Virus record (IMG/VR): IMGVR_UViG_3300017991_003073
DNA from: an uncultured virus (IMG/VR IMGVR_UViG_3300017991_003073)
Taxonomy: Duplodnaviria > Heunggongvirae > Uroviricota > Caudoviricetes
DNA length: 64,000 nt
Direction: 5' to 3' (one strand)
Numbering within the stretch: position 1 is the first letter of the stretch; each line of letters opens with the position of its first letter. The position numbers and the translations under genes are program-made. Positions 16,683 to 26,374 of this stretch are shown piece by piece. The notes beneath the pieces are model-generated. The model had not been told where the DNA came from and did no database searches. It worked only from the letters and a program-made list of their open reading frames with translations.

Positions 16683-17522
16683 CTAGCGGCCCATGTACGC
16701 CGCGCCGGGGACGTTCCCGAGCGTGGTGTTCTGCTCCAGGAGGATGGTGACCACGCCCGTCCAGATGAAGGTCTGGTCGGCGGCACCAGCGCCCGTGTCG
16801 AAGTTCCACGCCCCGCCGTTCGAGGCACGACTCGGGACCGCGATGGTCACCGGGTACTGGCTGCTCTCGGGCAGGTAGATCTCGATGGGAGCCGGGGCGT
16901 GGCTGTGCGTCGGCTCCATGCGCGGAGCGACGTAGTAGATGCTGGCGTGGCCGGCGGGCAGCGAGGTGTCACCCGCATCGACGGTCCAGTAGGAGTCGAT
17001 CCCGCCCGTGTTCTTGATCGCGCTCGCGATGGGAATCACGGTGGGGAAGGGCTGGTTCTCGATGGTCACCGCGCCCGACAGCAGCGCCCCGAAGGACGTA
17101 GCGTAGGACTCCAGCGCCGCCGTGATCTCCACGGCCTCGAACGCATTCGCGCCGTAGGCGTCGAAGGCGATGGTCACGTCACGCACGACCGCGAAGGTCT
17201 GCGCGTCCGTGACGAGGGTGAAGGATCCAGCACCGGGGACACCCCCGGCATCGGGACCTGCGACCAGATCGGCGGCGAAGTCCGAGACGATCTCCGTGCC
17301 CGTGTCGGCCACGAAGAACGCCCCGTTGACGACCTCGAAGACGCGCTTCGTGATCTGGAGCGAGTTGTTGGGATCCGGGCACGGAGGGGCCTGGAACATC
17401 TGGATGGCCGGGACCGGGCAGTTCGGGTTGCCCGCGTACACCTGCGGAGCGGCCATCGGCGGAGGGGGAACGGCAGCCATGGGAGCGGCCTGCCCGACGT
17501 TCATGGGGAAGAGTCCCTGCAT
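16683..17522 (-). CDS. candidate major capsid protein (279 aa; possibly jelly-roll)
   Basis: Very strong G/C third-position codon bias by eye, strong AGGAG RBS, dedicated terminator and beta-rich A/G/T/V composition. Fold not verified. Confidence 0.55.
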   Translation of the reverse strand: MQGLFPMNVGQAAPMAAVPPPPMAAPQVYAGNPNCPVPAIQMFQAPPCPDPNNSLQITKRVFEVVNGAFFVADTGTEIVSDFAADLVAGPDAGGVPGAGSFTLVTDAQTFAVVRDVTIAFDAYGANAFEAVEITAALESYATSFGALLSGAVTIENQPFPTVIPIASAIKNTGGIDSYWTVDAGDTSLPAGHASIYYVAPRMEPTHSHAPAPIEIYLPESSQYPVTIAVPSRASNGGAWNFDTGAGAADQTFIWTGVVTILLEQNTTLGNVPGAAYMGR

Positions 17523-17595
17523 GATTCTCTCTCCTGTGGGATTGAGTTTCGCAACTGGTGAATCGAACGGAAAATCTATCTCAAACCTTCAACGA

Positions 17596-19317
17596 CTAGT
17601 AGCCGCCGAAGTAGGTGGAGAAGAGCCCGCTGACCGTGGCCTGGAGGGCGTTGGCCTCGGCAGGAGCGGTGTGGACGTACCCCGAGCAGACGAGCCCGAT
17701 GGACGGAGCCTCACCCTGCGAGGTGCCGACCGGAGCGCCAGACACCAGGAAGTTGTTCCCGTTGTACATGCTGGCACCGGAGACAGCGGACGCGGACGGG
17801 GCCGAGATGTTCGGCGGCACCTGGGCACCCCAGGCAGTCACCTGATCGCCACCGTAGCCCCAGGTGTGGCCGTTGTTGCTGATGTAGTTCAGCAGGAAGG
17901 CCGTGGTGACTTCGGAGGGCGACCACCCCTTGTTGTTGCTGGCGATCCAGTGCGCCCACGGATACAGGGTATCGAGGTCGAGGGCACGGCCCTGAGCGGT
18001 TTCGACGGTCACTTCCTCGACGGAAGGTGCGGGTAGCATGACCGTCTCGCCCGTCCGAGCATCCTCCACCGCGATCTCCTCAGACACCGGAACAGGTGCC
18101 TGCATCGCCGGTTGCATCGCCGGTTGCATCGCGGGCTGCATCGCGGGCTGCATCGCCGGTTCCATCGCCGCAGGAGCCCCTGCACCCAACCCTGCAATCA
18201 GGGCGCGGGCGACGACGCCGTAGGTCTTGGCTTCCGACAGGGCTGCGATGGCACGATAGAGGTCGCCGTTGTCGAGGTGGTACTGCACCATCTCTAGCGG
18301 GACGCTCATCGACGCCAAGTGCTTGGCAGCGGAGTCGTAAACCTGCTCCTGCTCGTAGTTAAAAGGGCCTTGGATCCCGTCTAGCGCGGCGTCCAGGGAA
18401 GCCTTCTCATCCTGCAACGACTTCAAGACAGCGCCGGTCTCGTCCGTGGAGTAGGGCGGCATACCTTGCACGTCTTCCCCTTCCTCCATGGGCAGGCCAT
18501 CCGGCAGCGCACCGCCGTCTCCCTGCTGGTTCGCCAGCTGGTTCGCCTGAGCCAAGGCTGCTGCCGGGGCCGCAGTACCAAACACCTGCGGGAGCCCCAT
18601 CAGGGACTTGTCGCCAGCGATGTACTGCCCGACGCCCTGCTCCGGCTTGATGACACCGAAGTACCCGAGGAGGTTCGTCAGTCCGGCGAGACCGAACATC
18701 GAAACCGCCCCGTCCTTCATGTCGGCCAGGAAGGGCTTCTGGATGCGGTTGGCAGGCAGGAAGCGGTACGCGAGGTACGCCCCGGCCAGTGAGGTGATGA
18801 CCTTGGTGAGGCTCGCCCGCTTCGCCATGTTCTGGCCAGCGGCGGGTTTCATCACGGCGTCGAGTCCCTTCGCGACGAAGTCGGACAGGACCCCACCGGC
18901 AGCGTTGGCGGCGAGCATCCCGACGCCCCGCGAACCGGCGCGGACGACTTCCTTCGAGAAGAACTGCTTCAGCGCGAGGCCCTGCATGGGGCCTTGGCCC
19001 GTGGTCGCGGGCTTACGCCCTGCGCCACGACGCCCCTGGACCGGGCGGCGGGCACCCGTGGTCCGAGGCGGCTGGACCATTACCTTGACGGACTTTGTTC
19101 CGGCCACGGTAGTCTCCTTCTTGCTTCTGGGTTTCGGCTTGGAGCCTGTGGATCCCCCCGAAGTCGTCCGAGCCGTCGTTGCCTTCTTCGCCCCAGGCCT
19201 CGACCCCTTCTTGCGAGAGGGGCGAGAACCGGAGGTTGACTTCGGCTTCGACTTTTTGGCTTTGGCTTTCTTCGAGGAGGTACTCCGCTGGCCCCCAGCC
19301 ACGGTGATCTGCTTCAT
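17596..19317 (-). CDS. probably highly expressed Lys-rich, membrane-associated virion protein (573 aa)
   Basis: GGAGG RBS before MKQITVAG; basic N-terminus; three hydrophobic helices; biased codons; many xVxG/xTxG motifs. Confidence 0.8.
   Translation of the reverse strand: MKQITVAGGQRSTSSKKAKAKKSKPKSTSGSRPSRKKGSRPGAKKATTARTTSGGSTGSKPKPRSKKETTVAGTKSVKVMVQPPRTTGARRPVQGRRGAGRKPATTGQGPMQGLALKQFFSKEVVRAGSRGVGMLAANAAGGVLSDFVAKGLDAVMKPAAGQNMAKRASLTKVITSLAGAYLAYRFLPANRIQKPFLADMKDGAVSMFGLAGLTNLLGYFGVIKPEQGVGQYIAGDKSLMGLPQVFGTAAPAAALAQANQLANQQGDGGALPDGLPMEEGEDVQGMPPYSTDETGAVLKSLQDEKASLDAALDGIQGPFNYEQEQVYDSAAKHLASMSVPLEMVQYHLDNGDLYRAIAALSEAKTYGVVARALIAGLGAGAPAAMEPAMQPAMQPAMQPAMQPAMQAPVPVSEEIAVEDARTGETVMLPAPSVEEVTVETAQGRALDLDTLYPWAHWIASNNKGWSPSEVTTAFLLNYISNNGHTWGYGGDQVTAWGAQVPPNISAPSASAVSGASMYNGNNFLVSGAPVGTSQGEAPSIGLVCSGYVHTAPAEANALQATVSGLFSTYFGGY
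18098..18170 (-). repeat. 12-bp coding tandem repeat (PAME/PAMQ, about 6 units)
   Basis: TGCATCGC(C/G)GG(T/C) units. Confidence 0.9.
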
Positions 19318-19391
19318 TTCGACCTCCGCTCCTCTATGACCCCTAAGAGGCTTCGAGGGCAACGGCACACAAAAACGAACGGTAACAAGTG

Positions 19392-21581
19392 CTACGCAGC
19401 GAGGTGGCGACAACTCTCCTTTGCTAGTGCGACGAGTACCGGAGTTCCTACGCTAGTCCCCGACGATGAGATCCTATCGGCCCGAAGGGATCCCTCGACG
19501 GTTGGATTGAACGGAGCGCAAGCGCCGGTAGACGAACAATACTCACCGTAGGACCGTCCCACAGCGAGCGCATTGGCAGGGGACATTCCGCTTACCAGTG
19601 CTGCCTGCTGAGTCGCCCCAACAACAGCCTGGACCGGAACCCCACCAACACGTTTCACGGACCTAGCAACCGCTGGTGCGCCCACCAGCGAGGCTAAGAT
19701 CTTCTTGAGGGTATCGTTCCCTTCGGGACGCATCGCCCCGGCCATCTCCTGGAGATTGGCCAACAGGGAAGCGAAATCGAACTCACCGGTCTTAGCAGCC
19801 TTTTCTGCGACAGGAGCCGCAGCGGCTTGGAGGATGTCCGGTATACCCTTGGCGTTTCCGCCCAAAGCGTCGAGCAGACCTCCGTCGCCTCCGAACAGCG
19901 CAGCGATGGCTTCCGTGCCCTTCCCGGCGCTCTCTTTCTTGGCGACGATCTCGATCTCTTCGCCCGCTTCCGCCAAGGCTCCTTCGCCTTCTCCGAGGAT
20001 CTTCCCGAGAACTTCCATCAGACCCCCGGAAGAACCAGAATCTCCTAACACCTTCGAGACGATGCTGCCCAGGTTGTCTGCTTTGCCTCCTAGGACAGAA
20101 GAGCCGAGTTTTCCGATGATATCAGCTATACCACCCCCCTCGGCGGAACCACCCCCACCAAGAAGACTCGGAGCGATCTTGGATAGCATGGGTAGGATCG
20201 AACCACCTGCGGCACCCAAGCTACCTAGGAGAGGAGCAGCAGCCCCGCCGGTCACAGCGGTCAAAGCAATCCCCGCCAAAGCAGGCCAGTTGTCCTTGAG
20301 GAATGACCCTGCGCCCTTGGCGAACTTCTTCAGGCCCTTGGTGATGCCCAGCTTCTTATCCAGTTGCTTCAGCTTCTTCACCGCACCCTTGGCGTTCCGC
20401 TCTACGAACTTGCCTACTGGCTTGATGACTTTCTTGTGGACGAACTTGGCCGCACTCTTCACGGCATTACCAACGCCCTTCAACGCTCCGCCGATGGCCT
20501 TCTTCGCCTTCTTGAACAGCTTCCCGAGGAAGCCAACTTCGCCGGGGTGGCCGCAACCCGTAGCGTCGAGAATCGGCCCAGCCACAACCTGGGTACCGTC
20601 TTTGAAGGTGATAATCTCGAACCCCCGCACCTTCAACTCGCGCTCCAGAGCCGCTCGGTTGGCTTCGATGATCGACTTAACTCCTGGGAACCCTTGCTCC
20701 ACCGCCATCACTTCGGCTAGCGAAGCGATCTGGCTCTGAGTCATGGACTGCGAGACCTTCGGCCCATGGACGGCATTGTTGTAGCGCCACCCTGGAGCAA
20801 AGCAATTCGGGTTCTCGGTCGCCGCATCGAATAGCCCATTGAGCCTCGAAGCAATACACCGACGTAGCTTGTAGTTGGGCATCGTTTCTGGCGTCCAGAG
20901 GAGCCAGAAAAGACGGCGTGGTTGGGTGTGGGGTCGGAACCAACGGGGGTCGCAGCTGTTGTACCCCGGCAACGGGCCACAGGAACGGATCGGGCGACAC
21001 GGCTTCGGGGGCCAGCATGGACCGGACGTGGTCGGCACCTCGCCCTTCTGCTGGAGGTACTGGATCACGGCTTCCGTGCCCCGCTTCGGATCCACCAGCA
21101 TTGCCTCGATCAGACTCTCCTCGGTCGCCTTCGGACCGTAGACGCTACGCGGGCGATACGTCCCCGAGAAGATCGGAGGCCGATCCGGCACGTAGTTTTC
21201 CCCAAGGTAGCCCTGAGCATCGCACTCGCAGTCCGCACCGACCGTCGAGCCTCCGCAGGTGCAGCCGTGACCATGACGCGCCCAACCCGGCTTCGGAGGC
21301 ACGGGCATCCGCTCATCGGAAGCACGACAGAACGCTGGGATGGTGCAGCTATCATACCCCATTGGGGGATTGTAGTACGGCAGGCTGACCGGAGGGATGA
21401 GCGTCCCCGGATTGTACGCCTGGGGATACGCAGGTGGGCAAGGCACCCCCGCCGTAGCAGGACGCTTCTGACCCACCGGAAGAGGCGCGGTAACCGGAGG
21501 CCCCGCGACCAGCTTCAAGCTATGGTTGATCTGGTCGTGGAGTTCCAGTGGTGTACCCGAGGTGTATTGGTCGGTTCTCAT
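19392..21581 (-). CDS. putative virion protein with cationic amphipathic helix and Gly-rich hydrophobic region (729 aa)
   Basis: GFLGKLFKKAKKAIGGALKGVG... followed by WPALAGIALTAVTGGAAAPLLG. Confidence 0.8.
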   Translation of the reverse strand: MRTDQYTSGTPLELHDQINHSLKLVAGPPVTAPLPVGQKRPATAGVPCPPAYPQAYNPGTLIPPVSLPYYNPPMGYDSCTIPAFCRASDERMPVPPKPGWARHGHGCTCGGSTVGADCECDAQGYLGENYVPDRPPIFSGTYRPRSVYGPKATEESLIEAMLVDPKRGTEAVIQYLQQKGEVPTTSGPCWPPKPCRPIRSCGPLPGYNSCDPRWFRPHTQPRRLFWLLWTPETMPNYKLRRCIASRLNGLFDAATENPNCFAPGWRYNNAVHGPKVSQSMTQSQIASLAEVMAVEQGFPGVKSIIEANRAALERELKVRGFEIITFKDGTQVVAGPILDATGCGHPGEVGFLGKLFKKAKKAIGGALKGVGNAVKSAAKFVHKKVIKPVGKFVERNAKGAVKKLKQLDKKLGITKGLKKFAKGAGSFLKDNWPALAGIALTAVTGGAAAPLLGSLGAAGGSILPMLSKIAPSLLGGGGSAEGGGIADIIGKLGSSVLGGKADNLGSIVSKVLGDSGSSGGLMEVLGKILGEGEGALAEAGEEIEIVAKKESAGKGTEAIAALFGGDGGLLDALGGNAKGIPDILQAAAAPVAEKAAKTGEFDFASLLANLQEMAGAMRPEGNDTLKKILASLVGAPAVARSVKRVGGVPVQAVVGATQQAALVSGMSPANALAVGRSYGEYCSSTGACAPFNPTVEGSLRADRISSSGTSVGTPVLVALAKESCRHLAA

Positions 21582-23107
21582 ACCTTGCTCCTGGGGAGGA
21601 ATCCGGCTACCGACGAACGGCCACGGATACGGGGCAGAACAGGAAGTCCCGCAGCTGTCCCGTACCGACGCCGTTGTTCGTCAAGGTAGATCTTGTAGGT
21701 CTGAGGCTGGGAAGGGACGAAGTCCTGGAAGTTCGATCCCCGGTCCATCTCCTGCCCCCACGGGAGCGGCGACGATACGTCGTAGATTCGCCGCATCCCG
21801 TTCTGGAGCATGATGAACGGGTAAACGTGGAACTTGTCCGTTTCCCCTGGGTTGCCTGCCAGACGCACCCCAGTGCGAAGGCCACATGACTCCGCTAACG
21901 CCATGAAACACGCAGTCAGGTCGTCGCAATCGTACTTCTGGACCCCTGGGTAGTAAGTGTGTGTCAGGAACATCCGCAGAGGCGTGGCTGTCTCTTCCAC
22001 ACCCACGGTCTCTTCTGCGTAGGCAAAGATCGTCCTCACCGTATTTGCCAGGAGTTCCGCCAACTGCACTGGGTCAGTAGGCCAGACCCCTCCTGTTTGG
22101 GCTGTCACCGCATCCCGAGCGATGGCCCGGAATATATACCCGTACCGCTGGGCGTACAGGGCAGTCATGTAAGCGATGATCGAGCCTGTGGCGTAGGGTC
22201 CAAGGTTCTCCGCCACAGCACCCTTGGCCCGAGGGAAGTGCTGCTTGGCGAGGAAAGGCGAATGGAGATCGTCGGGAATGTGTTCCGCTTCCTTCCGCAG
22301 CCACTCGAACCACTGCGGAATGGGGCGGATCTTCGGACGGTCCCAGAAGCGCGACCCTTGGGTTCTCCCGGACCCCACGAGGTGCCCTCGAATCGGGAGC
22401 CGACCAATAGCCTTCGGAGCGCGTCCATAGTCGCGTCCCTTGGGTACACCCTTGGTAGCGTGGGCCTGGAAATGCTGGCGGTTTGTCCCTTTAGGAGCGA
22501 CCCCCAACTGATCCGAGGTGAGATCCACCGGGAACCAGTTATTCGAGTCGGGATCTAACTGACACTCCGCGTACGCCCGGTAGCTACCGTTCTGTTGGAC
22601 GATCACGAACCGAGTTGGGATACCCATAGCCTCTACGAGCATCAGGTAGAACAGCGTGGCCTCGTCGTCGGAAAGTGTGTCAAGGCCCTGGTACACCGTC
22701 TCCACGAGGACTCGAAGCGGATTGCGCCATTCTCCCGGTTGATCGCCAGTCAAGATCCGGTAGTTGCCTTGGACGATCCGAGCCAGGGCTAACACCGCAG
22801 GTTGGCGGTATTGCAACGCTGGCCGTGTCTCCCGCACCCCTGCATTGTGCAGCAACGCCGAAGCAACCCAACGGAAGACCATCAGGGTCTTCTTGTAAAG
22901 GTTTGCCATATCCACGGCCATCTTCCCTGCCACGTCAGGCCGGAAGGAGCCCGGAAGCTGTTGCTGTTGTTGCAGGCGAAGTTCCCCGTCGCGCAAGGTA
23001 ATGTCCGGTACGAACCGCTCATCGATATTGAGCAATTCAAGTTCGACCCACGGAGCCGCTACGCCCCGGAGATCTACACTACCTGTACTCGGTCGGAGAT
23101 TCGTCAT
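21578..23107 (-). CDS. tandem transglutaminase-like (papain-fold) protein, putative maturation protease
   Basis: The C-terminal domain YDCDDLTACFMALAESCG...FHVYP...IYD gives a Cys-His-Asp triad. The N-terminal copy (SDDEATLFYLMLVEAMGIPTRFV...RAYAE...WFPVD) lacks Cys and His. Confidence 0.75.
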   Translation of the reverse strand: MTNLRPSTGSVDLRGVAAPWVELELLNIDERFVPDITLRDGELRLQQQQQLPGSFRPDVAGKMAVDMANLYKKTLMVFRWVASALLHNAGVRETRPALQYRQPAVLALARIVQGNYRILTGDQPGEWRNPLRVLVETVYQGLDTLSDDEATLFYLMLVEAMGIPTRFVIVQQNGSYRAYAECQLDPDSNNWFPVDLTSDQLGVAPKGTNRQHFQAHATKGVPKGRDYGRAPKAIGRLPIRGHLVGSGRTQGSRFWDRPKIRPIPQWFEWLRKEAEHIPDDLHSPFLAKQHFPRAKGAVAENLGPYATGSIIAYMTALYAQRYGYIFRAIARDAVTAQTGGVWPTDPVQLAELLANTVRTIFAYAEETVGVEETATPLRMFLTHTYYPGVQKYDCDDLTACFMALAESCGLRTGVRLAGNPGETDKFHVYPFIMLQNGMRRIYDVSSPLPWGQEMDRGSNFQDFVPSQPQTYKIYLDEQRRRYGTAAGLPVLPRIRGRSSVAGFLPRSKV

Positions 23108-23113
23108 GGTGAT

Positions 23114-24487
23114 CTAGCTGGTTGGAGGAGGCCCCCACTCCTGAATGGTCTCAGCAAGGAGTTCCTTCACTTCGGTTTCGATGTCTGCAAGGTCCACGAT
23201 GAACAGGCGCTGATGCTCCGGTAGCGCAGCCATGCACAGATCGGCAAACCGGCCAGGGTACATGGACATCATAGCCAAGGTCTCTCGACCCCCTGGAAGA
23301 TGACGGTCCGCGAGGTCCCCGAAGTTGCGTTTGGCATCGTCAAGGGCGCTGTCAAGGTTTCCGCTCTTGAATCCCTTGAACAGCAGGTTGAAAAGGTGGG
23401 AGGCGAAGGGTTCCATCTCCCGGACAGCCCGCTCGGGGATGACATTGTTCTCCCCCGCCTCCACAGGTCCCGGTGCGTAAGGCTGGGCAGGCCCTACGGG
23501 ACGTTTTTGCGGTTGCACTGCGGTTGGGGATCCTGGCTGGAACAGCACCGACTGGAAAGGATCATCGATGGCAGGCCCAGACACCCCGGCCCCAGTTGGC
23601 TCTTGCAACACTCCCGAAGGATGTGCCCGCCGCCCAGTGATCTCCTCCCGAACCATGCCTCCAAGGCCTGCGAAAGGATCTTGCCCTTGCGAAGCCGCAC
23701 CGTCCCCTTCGTTCAGTGCCGAGGGTCCACGGTCGAGTACCTTCTCAATCAGCTTCAGGGCCATGTTACCCCAATCAGGACCGGAATCACTGTCCTGCTG
23801 CCGTCTCTCCAGGTCCGCGACCCTGGCGTTGAGCATGTCGCGTTCTTCTTGGGTGCGCGAAAGTTGGCTCGCTAGCCAATCCATGGCGACGTAGGACCCG
23901 TCGCTCATACGGACCAGATTGCTAGAGCCTACAGGTCCACCAACGGAACCACCGGAAGCGATCCCATCTGCCCCCTGCTCCAGGTTCTGAACGAACTTGT
24001 CCACCGAGCGGCGCATCGACGTTTCAAAAGCCCCTGTAACCCGCTGCTGGAGATCCTTCCCGAAGAGGCTTCCGAAGGGGTTCTGCGCTTCTCCGGTGTC
24101 CTCGTCGTCCTCTTCGTCATCCAGGCACTCTACTTGGACCACCGTCTCTGCGATGTCGTAGTGAGTCATCGGATCACGGGCCAAGACGGAGTAAAACTCT
24201 CCAGGATTGATCTTCGGATCATCGACCTTGTTCGACATGAAGGCAGTGATATCCGCCGCATCCCTGTCCTGTTCCAGCGGATCCCAGTTGAAGGAACCCT
24301 TCCACCGGTTAGGATCACGCTCGAAGCGTACCCAAGGATCCTTAGAGGCCTTCTTCTGCCCTACCGCTCGCACAGCGTAGGCAAAGAGTTGCACACCGTC
24401 GCCTTCGTTCACATTGCCTAGGTGCTGACACACCAGCGAGGTGAACTCGACAGGATCCACAACCGGGACTGATTCGTACTCGCCCAT
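23114..24487 (-). CDS. hypothetical protein, first gene of the structural run (457 aa)
   Basis: GGAG RBS; central coiled coil. Confidence 0.85.
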   Translation of the reverse strand: MGEYESVPVVDPVEFTSLVCQHLGNVNEGDGVQLFAYAVRAVGQKKASKDPWVRFERDPNRWKGSFNWDPLEQDRDAADITAFMSNKVDDPKINPGEFYSVLARDPMTHYDIAETVVQVECLDDEEDDEDTGEAQNPFGSLFGKDLQQRVTGAFETSMRRSVDKFVQNLEQGADGIASGGSVGGPVGSSNLVRMSDGSYVAMDWLASQLSRTQEERDMLNARVADLERRQQDSDSGPDWGNMALKLIEKVLDRGPSALNEGDGAASQGQDPFAGLGGMVREEITGRRAHPSGVLQEPTGAGVSGPAIDDPFQSVLFQPGSPTAVQPQKRPVGPAQPYAPGPVEAGENNVIPERAVREMEPFASHLFNLLFKGFKSGNLDSALDDAKRNFGDLADRHLPGGRETLAMMSMYPGRFADLCMAALPEHQRLFIVDLADIETEVKELLAETIQEWGPPPTS

Positions 24488-24804
24488 TCAGGTCGCTCCT
24501 CCCCATCTGGGAGGCTTCGTACGGCGGGTCAGCTGGGAAAAAACTCTTCTTCGATACTGAGTCTAAACCCTATTCCCACAAGGCGCAACGAAGCCTCTTC
24601 CTTGGATATGGACACTGACATGTCCGGCATTTCGCTATTCTGGCTAATTCAGATCCTGGACGTAAACCAAAAATCCCTTTACTCTTAAAGCGTTCCGGGC
24701 AGGTGCCCTAAAAAACAGATTACCTCCCTGACACATACCCGTACAACTGCATGAGTCCTGAAATCGCAATCTTTCTGAGGTTCATGGCACTGAAATCCTC
24801 AAAA

Positions 24805-26361
24805 CTACGTCCGAGAGCGTATCACAACGGGTGGTGGGACGCTCTTCAAAAGGCGCTGAGCCACGGTGCTGAGGTCACTACTGGCAACACTGTCTCGAAG
24901 TCGCAGTACCAAGGTGTACGCCAGGAGTCTCCCTACGGTCGGGGAGTCTACGCAAGCCAGTTCGATACCCCCTCCGAGCATGTGAATCCACTTCCAAGCG
25001 AGGTCCGAACGGCCCCCAACAGCGATAGCGAAGTCCACGGGACGGAGAGAAGTCTGCTTCGAGCGCCACTCTCCGTTCACCAAGCAGTGCGTTGTGGCTT
25101 CGTTATCCTGATAAACCCGTGCCGCCCACTGGCCAGCAGGTGTTTCTCCGAGCGTCACCCGAATCTGCTCCCCATCCTTCTCCAGGGTGAAGTCGTGCGC
25201 CTTGGTCGCAGTGAACCGGAATGTCGGCTGGGCCATGTCCCTAGCAGTGTCGAGAGACGCATCGGCAGAAGAAGTCACACGAAGATCTGGTCGGATGATG
25301 AGATCGTGTTCCTCGAAACGCAGTTCCATCAGGTCCCAGAGTTGGGTCGAGAAGCGTTCGAGGTTGCCAGTGAAGTCCTGGACCATGCAATCGGCCTTCA
25401 GACCCCAATCCGGCTTTCCGCCCTCACCGTAGATAGGCCGCAATCCTCTCCCGATGCCTTGGATGTAGGGAATCGGAGACGTGGATTCACGCAAGACCAC
25501 AACACGAGCCACCTGCTGAACATCCACACCCTCGGTAAGCAGGTTGATTGCCACGATGGCCGTCTCGTTGTTCTCCAGCTGCTGCAACATCCGGCGGCGA
25601 GCAGTCTTCTCCGTGTTCTCGTGCATGGCCTGAGTGGGAAGACCGTGACGGGTGAAATACATCTCGATCCGCAGAGCAGCAGCCAACGTCGGTGCCATGA
25701 TAACGGTGGGCCGCTCACGGTTCGGGTCGTACTTCATCACCTTATCGAAGATGTCCGGCAACTGCTCCTTGACGAGGCTCTCACAGGCTCGGTCCTGCTG
25801 CCTATCACCAGTGAGCCCGGAGCGAAGAGCCCCCATGGTCTCCTTGATGAAGAAGAACGGAGCGAGGTACCGCTGCCGGATCGCACGAAGGATCGTGATA
25901 GCCTCATGCCGCCGCTGGAAGAACGACAACCACTCCGGACTTTCCTGCACGGTCCCCCTCAACGGTGTGGCGGTGAAGGCTGCAACGGGGCAGTTCGCCT
26001 CCAGAAGCATCTGCCACGTCGGGGCCAGGAGCCTGTGCCCCTCGTCTATAATCAGGTACTCCGCCGCCCGAACCTTCCCACTCGCAAGCCGGTTTGTGTA
26101 CGTCGTAGGGGTCCAGAGCATCCCCCTAGTACTGATCCCCAGTCGGTCGGCCTTCTTCTTCAGATCATCGATGATGACGTTGCGGACGGTCACCATGATA
26201 GGCGTGAGCCCCATATCAAGGGCAATCTCCAGCAAAGGGAGTTCCATCAGGGACTTCCCCGTACCCGTGGGCGAGGCCACCAACAGGTTGTCCCCGGCCA
26301 GCAAAGCCTCCTCCCCCCTCTTGATCGTCTGGCGTTGGAACGGGTGTAGTACGTAGGACAT
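24805..26361 (-). CDS. superfamily 2 DNA helicase (DEAD/DEAH-like, ResIII type)
   Basis: Q motif LHPFQ, SPTGTGKS, IIDEGH, TATP, LTEGVDV and YIQGIGRGLR; start re-chosen at MSYVL. Confidence 0.92.
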   Translation of the reverse strand: MSYVLHPFQRQTIKRGEEALLAGDNLLVASPTGTGKSLMELPLLEIALDMGLTPIMVTVRNVIIDDLKKKADRLGISTRGMLWTPTTYTNRLASGKVRAAEYLIIDEGHRLLAPTWQMLLEANCPVAAFTATPLRGTVQESPEWLSFFQRRHEAITILRAIRQRYLAPFFFIKETMGALRSGLTGDRQQDRACESLVKEQLPDIFDKVMKYDPNRERPTVIMAPTLAAALRIEMYFTRHGLPTQAMHENTEKTARRRMLQQLENNETAIVAINLLTEGVDVQQVARVVVLRESTSPIPYIQGIGRGLRPIYGEGGKPDWGLKADCMVQDFTGNLERFSTQLWDLMELRFEEHDLIIRPDLRVTSSADASLDTARDMAQPTFRFTATKAHDFTLEKDGEQIRVTLGETPAGQWAARVYQDNEATTHCLVNGEWRSKQTSLRPVDFAIAVGGRSDLAWKWIHMLGGGIELACVDSPTVGRLLAYTLVLRLRDSVASSDLSTVAQRLLKSVPPPVVIRSRT

Positions 26362-26374
26362 AAAGGTCTCCGCG

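Noticed and set aside
24751..26349. 532-aa plus-strand ORF
   Set aside because: Antisense shadow of the helicase, expected with high GC3 codon bias; no motifs.
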